This document shows, in pieces, positions 13,201 through 25,200 of a DNA stretch of 64,000 nucleotides; positions within the stretch are counted from its first letter, which is position 1, and the number at the start of each line of letters is the position of its first letter. The translations under genes and the position numbers were made by a program. This DNA is from Raillietiella orientalis. Its lineage: Eukaryota. Below the pieces are notes generated by a model. That model worked only from the letters and a program-made list of their open reading frames with translations, did not search any database and had not been told where the DNA came from. Location: positions 1,240,001 to 1,304,000 of the forward strand of contig JAYWIR010000046.1 in the NCBI GenBank assembly GCA_036172245.1. Reading direction: 5' to 3'.

Positions 13201-16200
13201 GCGGGCAACTACGTTTTGCCCTCTCGATTTCCTGGATGCAATGGGTTCGTGTCTCATTGGTTCGTGTCTCTAGCAAGCAGTTTGACTCCTAAATTCTCAT
13301 TCATTCTGAAGTTTTTAATGGAAATACTTTTCCGACTGGGGATGAAGGAACGACAGCAGTTTCTTCAAAGAGCATGCATATTCACAGATGCAGTTTGATA
13401 GGAAGAGTAACCAAGACGTCGAAGAACATAATAATCCCAATTTATTAGAACCAGTAGTTGGTTCTCAAGAAACTGCCCTTAAATAGCTCTGAAAATTACA
13501 GATGGAACTCTCTAGAAAATGAAATGAATTCAGAACATATAAGAGCAGCATCACAGCGTATGCTGCCTAGTGTTTTAAAAAAACCGTGGCAAAATGTAGT
13601 TCCAGGTAGTCCTTATTGTTGCTGAGAAATAAAATATGAAGGACTTCTACGACTTCTTCTATCTACGACTTCTTGCATTAAAGCAGAGGGAAAGACAACA
13701 GTTCTGAGCACTGTGATTGAGTTCCAGAAATACGGAACTCTTCAGATGTGTTTAATGAAAGAAACAAATGACTAATATTGGGAAAAATCCATATTCATCA
13801 GTATAATCAGAAATTGAACTTAAAAATCCAACAACATTTTGGAATCTGATGAGAATTTTATAAAGACAACTAACGTTTGAAACTCCTGAGACAAGCAATT
13901 ACGAAAAATACATGTTCACGAGGTGCTTATTGAGATGCGAGAACTCGACTAAGATTTTCGCCTTGAGGAGCAGGGGTTCTTCATTCCTTCGACTTGTCTG
14001 GCTAACTGAAAGTTTCAGGAATCTTGAGGGAAACAAAGAAACAGAATTAATTACAGTAAGAACGCTACTGATGGAAATTAATAGAACATTGTTAAGATAA
14101 GGGACTATATGTAATGGGATAAAGTCGATTTCATTCGAGAGTTCTAAAGAATCCTTTGTGTTTGCGAGATGGGACTCATAAAAGAGACTTTTTTTTGTTT
14201 TTGTTTCTGGTTATTCCCAGACACGTAATTTCAAGGAAAGTATTCCAACTTAGCCTTCTACATTTCTTATGCTATACCATCGAATGATTCCGCCATGTTC
14301 CAACATTCCGTCATAGTTTGCTTGTTTGCCCTTTTATTTGTTTTTGACTCGGTGTTGCCAAGCTATCCATCCTATAGAAAATCTGCCAACTTTTTAACTT
14401 TCACCTGCATATACAAAATGATTTGATTTAATCATCACTGTTTTTATCTCACGTTTGCTTTCTCCTTATTTCTAAATATGCAAGCTGATGAGCACTGGAT
14501 GTGCAATACCATTCTCACTCACAGACAAAATTGGAAATATGGAAAACTGACGAAGAGAATTCCTCTTATATGGTCGTGCAGAAAATTGCTGAAAAAGAAC
14601 ATTTGTGAATTAGAAAGGAACTGAATCCTTATATGCTATAAACGAAATAGGGACGATTCGAAATGATTCTCAAGATAATCCAAACTTTTCAGAGCTCCAA
14701 GAGTGATTAAGATACATTCGAGTGCAACTAGAGCATCCACAAGAATTCAGATAAGTACAGGACACAATTAGAAGTTTCGGAATGTAGATATTCTGCAATT
14801 TATAAGAAATAGCTCTAGTGAATGCCTGGAAAATATTAAGATGATATTATATTAAGTGCTTATTATTAAGATAATTTTTAAAGATAGAAAGACAGTATGT
14901 CACTGAGAACTGCTCTTCAGGCTATGCACTTCATGAAAGCAAAGCTCTAAAGCTCACCCAGAAGTATTCAGAACGAAGTTTTTAATGTTCCTCATCGGAA
15001 CTCTAATCAATGATGATCATATTTGTAATCCCTTGGTATTCTGAACAAGGATAACTTTATCTAAGATTCATCAGAATCCATGTATTAGTGAACTTCATCA
15101 GCAGCAAGGGTGAGATGGACGTAGCCAGTGGACCAACTTACCTACACTGTGAAAACCTCCTAGGAGACACAACTGATTTCAGAAGAGAAAAATTAATATG
15201 TATTTATGAGATTAAAACATGGCTTGATTTTTATTCATGTGAGAAACTTTTTAATTAGTCTGAAGGTGAATATTTGCAGATTATCCGGTCTCCCGTCTCT
15301 CGTGGTGGTCTAGAGGAGAGATGCTCTCCTCAGAATACACAAGAAATGGAAACTTTACACAAGCGGAATTTTTGCTCAGAAATCTAAGCAGGATTCATTT
15401 ACACCAGAAGTTTCTTTGTAAAGCAAGTAATAACAACATGACTGCGGCTGCATCCTCGTCTGTAACACTGGAGATGAATTGTAAGTATTGACTTGTGTCA
15501 AACACTGATTCAGATGGTTTGAAGTTTCACACAGAATGATCTAGAAATCAAATTTACATCTGCTGCCTCACGGGCAGCTGCTTAATGCGTCGTTTGATGC
15601 CTCTATTACTTACATTGCAAGCAATTTCTCTGCGCATAATGCGAGAACAAAAATAGTAAAGCATTTAACGACTTTAAACATTTGTAAACAAACGAATTTT
15701 ATCAAATCGGAAAGATGAACTGAAAGATTGAGAATACTTTTAGTGAATCCTGTAAATGTCTCCATTTCCAATCCACGTCCTTTTCAAGTTGCTGGGGAAT
15801 TAGCTACTTTTGAATGCGAATCTTATGGTTCACGGCCATCAGCAAATATTATATGGATTCTTGGGGACGAAAAACTGACTGCATCTCAGTGCAAGGAGGA
15901 AGTATGTAAAATATCCTTTCGTTTCCTTTAAATTGCAGACTTGATCCTTCAAGTACATTCAGACGCGCAGAACTTTTATGAAACTGAAACTGAGAGTAAA
16001 AGAAGCATCTTTTCTTTTTCCACCTTTTATTCCGAAGTTGACTATTTGCGCAAGATTTCAGATCAGTCGACTTCGAGTTTCATTGACTGCTCGAAAACGA
16101 AAGCTTGCAAATTAAATTTCACTTCTGAATTTCAAAAAACTTAAACTAGTGGATGAATGGAAAAACCATGCAGAATGCTTCTTATGAATTTTGATGAATG

Positions 16201-19200
16201 TCTTCGACAATGGCTGCATTCACCTCGAAAAATGTGTTTTTAATTTGTATTGACCTCTTCTGTTATCATGCAAACAAGGACAACTTTACGACGTCCATCT
16301 TGAGTTTCGTTCCAACTGTTGCTGATAGAAAAAAAATCCTTCGATGCATTGCTTACACCGCAGCATTGTCATTTCCCCTAAAACTGGATGACCATTTGTC
16401 ACTGAATATGACATGTAAGTCACCTAAAACTTGCATAAAGTGAGATTTCTGTGCAATGACTCTTTTCGTTTTCTATTTTTTATTCAGTCTTGTTCTTTTT
16501 TATGAGCATATTCACAAAGAATATTGTTCCAATGACTGAGAGTTCTATTAAAAGCATCGGCAACAAATTCGCATTGATTCACTTAAACCCAATTCGCTAA
16601 TGTTTATCATTGATTGGCAGCAACCAGAGTGTTTACAAGAGATAAGGGTTACAAGCAGTTTGCAGTAAATTCGAGCATGCATTTCTCAACTAAATATCAT
16701 CGTTTCGTTTCAAATTTTTCAAGTTCCTCCGAAAACAGCTTTAGCTGAGATGCACGAAAAAGATCCCTGAAAGATGCGCAGCAAATCGATTTGCCGTTTT
16801 AGTAGTTTCTCTTTTTTAGTTTTGCGTGTTTGCGAAGGTGTTTGAGGTCAACCGAGAAGGAAATGATACCAAGCAATAATGATGCCATGATAGTTCGGTT
16901 TCAAAATTCGGAAATGGTTTTAGGAATTCCGCAAAATTGCACGTATTACTCGCGGTTTTTTCGAACACTTTCATTTCATCTACCTACATCTACTGCTAGG
17001 ATGGCTCTCTTCTTTCAGAAACCGAGATCTAGGGAAGTCAGAGCATTTTTTTTTTTTTTTGAGTTTTCGCTTGCAGATTGAATGTAGTATCCTTGCGGTA
17101 TCCTTGCTTTGGGAGGATACGTTGGATGAGGGGATGTCCAATCTTCCTTCCACTAAGGTGATCATTCGGTACAGAGATACCTTCAAAAGTGTAAAGTGCA
17201 TAAAAAAACACGTAAAATTCTTAAACTTAGAGGGGCTTCCCTAACCTGAATTTAAAGGTGCCACTGGTATTGGCAAGGCAGAATCCTTTCTGACAGAATG
17301 CTCGCCTCATTTCTAAAAGCTAAACCTTCTGCAGACCATTGCTTGCCGCTGATCATTCGTAAATCCGTTCGATTCCCAAACATGTCAATGAACTTCAAAA
17401 ATATGTGCTTTACACTGAGAAAGAGAACTAGAACTTTCTGAAAATTGAGCTTCCATAAGTGAAACGACATTCTGGGTTGCTTCGTTCTCTTGAATGAATT
17501 GTTTAAAGAACCTGCTTCACATTTGCAATGATGGATGATGTTCAAAAGCGATTTCTTTCATCCATACTTAGCTATTGCTTCCTTATTCCAGCTACGAAAT
17601 CCTGTTTTTTTTTAGATTGTATTTGCTGGTGATCCTTGAGTACTCTGGAGTACTTACTAATAATTTGACTATATGAATGCAGACTGACCTAGGGGTCCGC
17701 AGTAATTTCATCTCCTGAGAGCATGCATCTTCAAGTTTAGCCGCTTAGATCTCTCTATCTTGGCTCAGTGCAATCGATAGGTGTGTTATTTACTCCATTG
17801 TGATTTGCGTCTCTCTTCGTACTTGAAAGAATTCATTTCGTCAGGAACCACGCATGACTTCCTTATAGTTCCCATATACGCGATATGTAAACACTCTGCT
17901 TGCTTCAGCTATTTGGCAAGCAAGGTAATATAGGTGTTCTCTGTTTCATGGTAGCAAGTGCATCCTAAGTTCAGTGCTTCGGGGGCGCAGCGAAGAATGT
18001 ACACTCCACGATCGATAACCTTCAAAGGATGCTATTTTTTTTAATAAAATTTTTATGAATGTTTCTAAAGATCGTTGACATGACATGACAACTAAACTAA
18101 AACATGTTTACACGATATCCATTTTGAAGTAACCGACTTTATTTCCAACACATGAATTACATATGCATGCCATGCGTAAGTGAATATCTAGTTACGAACT
18201 TGCAGCACTTCATGAGATCTCATGGTATTTATGAACAGGAAAATAGCTACAAATTGGTTTCTTTCAACAATGTTTTCAAATGACTTTTCCAAATACTGAA
18301 TATTTTACATGAAATAACTGCATTTCCCACTTGACTGCACTCCAAAGATTTCCTCACAATGGGGCGATGCTTCAAAATGATAATTGCCAATAAAAATTTT
18401 CGGCTCGAATTGAATCCGTTTCAAATTTAATCTAAGCTCGAATTTCAATCGGAATGATCTAATTTGAATTCAAAAGCAGCTATTGCGTTCTAATGAACGT
18501 TTTCCAAATTGGACCGGACTGAAAAGATACCTTTTCTGAATTTCCACTAGTACAAACATGGGAAAAAATATAGCGATTTCGCTGTTGCAGAGAATTCTCA
18601 GCTTCCTTTTTTTGCTATTTATCTCTTTGTTGAAACGTACATTTTTGATATCACTACTGCACATTATTCTAATATCTGATCCCTCGCAGGTTAATCATAT
18701 ATTGCATCAAAATGAATTTTCAGATCCTCCATTAGCAAATATAACTTTCGGTGCCAATTTACCATTTAATAATATCAAAGAAGGGGACGATGTGTTCTTT
18801 GATTGCAATATAGAAGCAAACCCTGAACAGCAGAAAATCGAATGGTTTTTCAACGTAAGTAAGAAATAAAAACTGGCAAATCCGTGTGTGACCCTAGCAT
18901 GACTATTAATACAAACAGGGAATATGGACATGTTCCATCTTCGAATTGTTCGATGAAGTGCTGTTTGAATAATTGCTGAGAATATCAGCAAATTCCATAT
19001 AGTGTATACTTTTTGTGTGTCCAAGACAACTTATGCAACGGATTTATGTAATTCTTTAATTTTAGAATGCATTTATGAAAAAATCTCTCGTTACCTTACT
19101 CAGAGCTTTCATCTATGTACTGCTTAAGCCACAACAAGATTTATTAGAAAAAAACAAAGTATCGGAGGATTATTCCAATTTACAAACAGGAAATAACATT

Positions 19201-22200
19201 TGCTCCATTACGGAAATTGCAATTCTACCTTTCGATCGCCGTTTTCGATAACCTGTCTAAATGCTAATTGACTTTCTGAAGGATCTCAATCATTAATTAA
19301 ATTCAAGCTTCGAATAAATTATAAAAAGCTGTTTTAAATTTGAATGTCAAGGTTCGATTTTCGTTTCAAACTTGTAAATAGTTTTGATATTAATGCATCC
19401 TACACTGGTACAGCCTAAAACGCTTTTGTTTATTAGCGGACATTGCCTGTGATTAATTAAATGCAGTTAAATACATCTACAATCTAATGAGCATAGCTCT
19501 TTTTATTTCCAGTAACGCTGTTCATAATCTAGAGTGAATGCACATGTTGAGTAAGCATAAGTAATATTTTGAAATGAAATCCAAACTTAGTTCCCAAATC
19601 CCTTTCATGAAATGCTGGTTATAGATCTACGTATTTCAGATATCAGTTAGGAACTAAATTGAGCAGGCAAGAGAGAAATGATTGGAACCATTTGAATCTA
19701 TTGTGAAACATAAACAATCATTTTGCAGGCTTCAAAGTAGAAGAAAAGCACATTTCTACACTATTTCACTTTCCAGTGAAGAGACAGAAAGTACTTGACT
19801 TGTGTGCATTTCAGACAATCATTGTGCTACGTTTCTAATTTTGACGACGATTAGCAAGACACAAACCTTTACCAATCCTTTTACCTAAATGCTAAATCCC
19901 TATCTGTGTTGAGGCTCAAGCAAAACGCCTACTCACCATACTTGTAAATCACCAAACGATTTTCAAGTACACAAGCGATAGCTTTTGTACTTCTAAACAC
20001 TATAATCTCGAATCATTCCTTATGTATGACTAATGACCTTTGTATATTACATGCACTGAATAATGTACTTTCTTGATTTCATGCACAGCTCTGAAATCTC
20101 AGCTGACTGTGTGACAGAGTTAGAGCTGCCAAAGATAAATATGAATTTTCAGTTATATGACTGCAGTTCTAAAAAGAAAACTATGTAAAGTTCTCATGTA
20201 GATATGCAGCCATGACAAAAATAAAAAAAATTAAACTCCGTTCGTATCAACTAATAGGCCCACAGTGATTATCTAAGATATTGAGAACACAACGTTTCTA
20301 TTTTCTGTGAGATTGTGGGTTTGCAATCAAAGCACTGGAACTCCAGAATATGGCATTTGGTATTGAGATTTTCTTGCAGAGTTTTATTCTTAAAATTAAA
20401 AGTCCAAGGAATCTGTCATCACGTAAACTACTCTATAATCATTTCAATTTAAATTTAATTTAAATAACGTGACTTCACAGAGAGGCAAAGCATACAAACC
20501 TGAGCATGACACGGAAAATACTTGCGTAATAAAAAAGAAAAAGGTCCTTTGAACGGTAAAAGGACAGATTAGCTCAAAAGATTTAAATGAATCCTCACTC
20601 TGTGCTTTACCTTATTTCCATAATTTTGCAAACAGATCTTAGAAGATTATTTGTGTCTATACCTAAGAAATACATGATTTGTGACGTGTGTTATTTGAAT
20701 CATGAAAAACTGCGAGCCAAATCCTTTCGTAGTTCTTTCATCTAACATGCATTCGCAAAAGCTGAGCTCATTTGCGAACTTTGAGTACCAGCTTTTTCCG
20801 AAACATATTCTCGTATTTTATTCCACGCTGGTTTCTAAAATGATGTTTCAAGAGAACGCTCTCACAGTCGGTGACTGTTAAGTCATGGAACTGATGCAAA
20901 CCGTGGGAACGTGTTGAAAAACTCGGTGATAAGTCAGAAAACACGCATTTGAAAATGAATTCAGTTTTCCAATGTTGCGTGCAAATAATAATTCTGCATG
21001 ACCTGACGAGTGTGTGATTGAAATGACCCTAAAATGTCCAATTGTTTTCAAGTCGTTTTTCTCCTTCCTCAGAAAAGAGAACGCCTGATGGAAACATTCA
21101 TTTCTCAAAGTTGTTCTTTGAAAACGAATTCAGGCGCAAAGCATTCGAATCTTTATAAACAGTTTTCAGGGCACGGCACTTTTACACTTTTGTTCTAGGA
21201 TGAGTAGCAACTAAACGAAAGCAGTCTTAGATTTATTATACTCTCCCATGGGCTCTGAATCTTTTTAAAGCTAAAATGATGATTGGATTCGAGGGACAGT
21301 GGACTCTTCCGAAGCATGACGATTCCATTGTGATTTTCGCTATGCAAAGCTATGAAAATCATGAATGATCAGATGCAAGTGTGCTCTATTCGTAACCTGC
21401 TTTATTTCTAACCTGTTTTGTTTTTTTGTATCTATGCATCTGTCACCATTTCAGGTATTCCCATTTCTTGAGACGCATTAATGCTTCCGAAAGTTTGCTT
21501 CACTTCACTCCTTTAGCATCCTTTTCCAAAATGATAGCTGTCCTATCTTTCCCATTGTTGTGACTTTTCTTGTGTTATGGAGCTTTGGAATCGCTGATGT
21601 CTTCCATTCTACATTCCCTTATTTAGGCGACTGCACCTGAGTCAGAAATGGGATCTTTGGTTTGCATTCATAATGAAAGTTATTTTTAGCAGAAAACATT
21701 CAATCTCTTCTTAGCATTCAATTGGATAGTTCTGTTCGGTAAACAAATGTTAGATAAGAGTACAACTTCCTTTTCCAACATGTCCTCTTTCTATTCTAAA
21801 GGATGTGAGCATGCTGAAGAACTTGGTTAATCATTTGCGGGGCCATAACAGTTCTTCCAATAATCCTTAGAATATTTCCAAAAGGATTCTGTAAACTTAT
21901 TTTCTAAGAAAACTTTTGTATACAAACAGAGAATCAAATTTCAATTTTTTTTAATCTTTTGTTACAGAAGCAAACTGATATTCTTTTGAATCGATGTTAA
22001 TCCCTTGAATTCAGCGCGTTTATTTATTACTGGAAGCATCTATGGATAAGAAACTTGATGACTATGTAGTAATTTTGGAAATTTACCTGTTCCATGTGTG
22101 AATGACAATGGCATCCACACATAAAAATGCGTGTGCATTTGCTCTAAGATGATGTACTGCATGTAAAATATCCTTTTTGCATCTTGTGTAAAAACTGTTA

Positions 22201-25200
22201 GGATATTCGGATCGTGTTGACTTAAAAATGCCATTTTCTTGTTCTTTCTTATGCTTTCTTGAATGCAGTTTTTTCTAATTTTCTTGTATGCTTACATTCA
22301 ATTTCCAATATCATGTTTCGTAATATTGATTAGGCTTTTAGAGGTCTTGTTTACATACTTCATAAAATCACCAAATCACCATTTGTTTCCAACCTTCACG
22401 TCACCTTTTTTTATCTCATTCGTTCTGTTATTTTCATTCTTTTACCAGAAAACAAATTTGTATACACTGTCAGATTTCTTCATGATAAAGGATTTTGTTT
22501 TGGAGATTTTCTTTTTGTTTTCAGCGATTAAATTCCATTGCACTTGCTTCTTGCCTTCATTTCAAATTGCACAGTCATCTGTTTTTTCTACTTTGACTTG
22601 TTTCTTGTTTCTTCTCTTCTATGGGATTTTGAACCTGTGATCTCATTTCTTGAGTTCATTTCTATTGAATGCGCTATTTCTGGCAACCTGAAAAATTTCG
22701 ATTCTCATCGGGAAGAAATGGTATTGAAAAGTATCAGGGCAACATAAATTTCACAAGATATCATCACCGTAATAATTTCTAAAACATGTTGGATTCTTGT
22801 TATCAGTGACTGATTCTTAATGCAGACTGCGTCTCAATACAGTAACCAGGAACTAGCGCTCAAAATCATTTACTTCATTACTTTGCCTATGCTAGCATTT
22901 ATCCACAAGAACTGTTCTCAGTAATTTGCATTTAAAATTTACAATTTAGACATTGCACGGTCAGGCCAAACTATGTGCTCTAGTTCGAGTGCCTGTACTG
23001 ATTTGTAACTCTAGAACAACTAACATATTTTGTTTTTATTATCAATTGCAAAGAACTATTCCGAAGTATTATGAATTACGGCAAAACAAAGCATCGAATT
23101 TATAGAAGTTTGCTCGAATCAATGATACTGACATGCTGCGTCTCCGAGAGCATCCAAGCAAAATTTGATGAGGTTTTGCTAAACCCCAAAGACCGTTCGA
23201 TTCTGCGCAAGGGTCCTGAAGAACGAATACCATAATATGTATTATTCGAAATCTGAAAATATGTACTGGAAACGGCTTTGTGTCTACATCAAAGGATCAT
23301 ATGATTAAATTTCCTTTTTTTTTTTTTCATTTAATCATTGTGAAAGTGCTTTCAATACACAGTAGAGAAAATGCACTTTTTTTTCCAGAACACACGACAG
23401 ATATTTTATAGAAATCCGTTCTTTTTTGTAGAGGGAAAAGCGCTTCGGCTTCTCTGAGAAATTTCAAGTTCGCATGTTCACATGAAATGAGAAAAGTTGA
23501 TGAAATTATTGAAAGTAATTTTTGAAATTATGTCAGTGGAAACGTTATGGGGGAGGATTCCATTCGAACTGTGCATGTTAATCCACCTTTCTGTTTCAGA
23601 GCAAACATATCTCTCAAAACATAACAGCAGGAATCATCTTTAGCAATGCATCTCTGGTAATGCAAAAAGTCAGACGATCTCAAAGTGGACGATACAGATG
23701 TTCAGCAACCAACTCACTTGGAGTGGGAATAAGTAATGATTTGTTTTTAAAAATTAAATGTGAGTAAAAAAGGAAATGTTATGAGAAACGTCAGTCGCTC
23801 TGTGTATTTGAATGAGTGGAAGCGAGTGTGTGAAAGTTTCCATCTCTCTTTTCATTAATTGCACATCAGCGCTGTAGTCTGAATGTGTTCCCTGGTTGAT
23901 TTGCAACCAGGGAATAGCGACAAAGCCAAACATCTGCAGAAATCACGTCTTCATTTGTCGTGGAAAAACGAGTCAAGGAAACAAATGATTGTGCAAGAGA
24001 CTAGTTGAAGCTGAAACCGTCAAAGAAATTCTGGAACAGAGTACATGCACGAATCCACGTGTACGTGGTTTGACTTTTGAATACGAGATTTCTCAATTGA
24101 TATTCTCAGGAATCGGAGAATCTCTCCGGAAATAGACGACATGAATCCAAATCTCGAAATTTAATAGAGCCATTCTTCCCTCTCAAATTTCTCAACACTA
24201 TTATAAATTTTTGGATACTGCAGAAATACGACTTGGTGAATATTGTTGCATCAATCAGAGGCTTACACAACATTGAATGAATTGGATTGACAGTGAATTG
24301 GATTACTCATATAAATGAGTTCACGAGCGAAGTGCTAAAGAATTAAATAATCTGTGCCATGAATGAATGAAAAATTTTTTTTCCAATGTATTCGCAAAAA
24401 TAGATTGTTTTATATTTTTTTGTAAAAAAAATCAAATTTTTATTGTTTAACTTTCCGTTCACTCTATATCCTGTTTACTGCACGTACCTTTCTCGTTTAA
24501 TTTAGATGACACGAACAAATAACTAGGAGACAAACTACAAATAAGAGAATAATGACGTTGAAGATTTGAGCTCATTGGTGCATATACTTTGGACAAGGTC
24601 TTTAAGGTCCTTTAAGCTGCCACGCACTTCAAGCACTATAAAGAATTTCGTATTCTCGGAACAGCGTACTAATGCAGTATTAATTCTCGGAACAGGTATT
24701 AATGGAGAAAGCAATACAAGTAATTACATGAAACTGGATGCATCCTGTGAAAAAGGATTTGATGGAAATAACATTACAACGACATTTTGTGGATGACGGT
24801 GTTAAGTCTTTCGGAAAGAAAGTTTAAGAGGAAATAACGAAAAGTAAGCATCGCAGATACCTTCTGAGAAACGGTTATGCAAAAAAGACAAGATCTTCAA
24901 AGAATAAATAAGTGGAGAGAAGGAAGAAAGCGGAACTGTGATACACTTTGAATTTTTCTCTGGATTTTGTAAGGCATCCAGGAATGCCTTACTGCAAATA
25001 TGACAGATGTCATCCTTGTTCTGATGGCAAGCGGATGACAGTACTTTGTAAAAGATGGAGGGATTATGAGGGACGAATCCTGTTGAAGCATTTTTTTTTT
25101 TAAAAAAAAAACTTGTGCAGGATTTGAAAAGTTGAAATTGTCACAACGTCTCACGGAATATTCGAGAAATGAACAACTAGACGTCCAAAGTCGGAGGAAC

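Noticed and set aside
14486..14510. CTGATGA followed by a GCAC/GTGC stem, resembling a hammerhead ribozyme core
   Set aside because: The required GAAA after stem II reads AATA, and no stems I or III were found.
23888..23914. 11-bp stem hairpin TTCCCTGGTTG-ATTTG-CAACCAGGGAA; similar small hairpins at ~40854-40876 and ~59311-59344
   Set aside because: They are isolated short stems with no supporting context, and bacterial-type terminators are not expected in this eukaryotic DNA.
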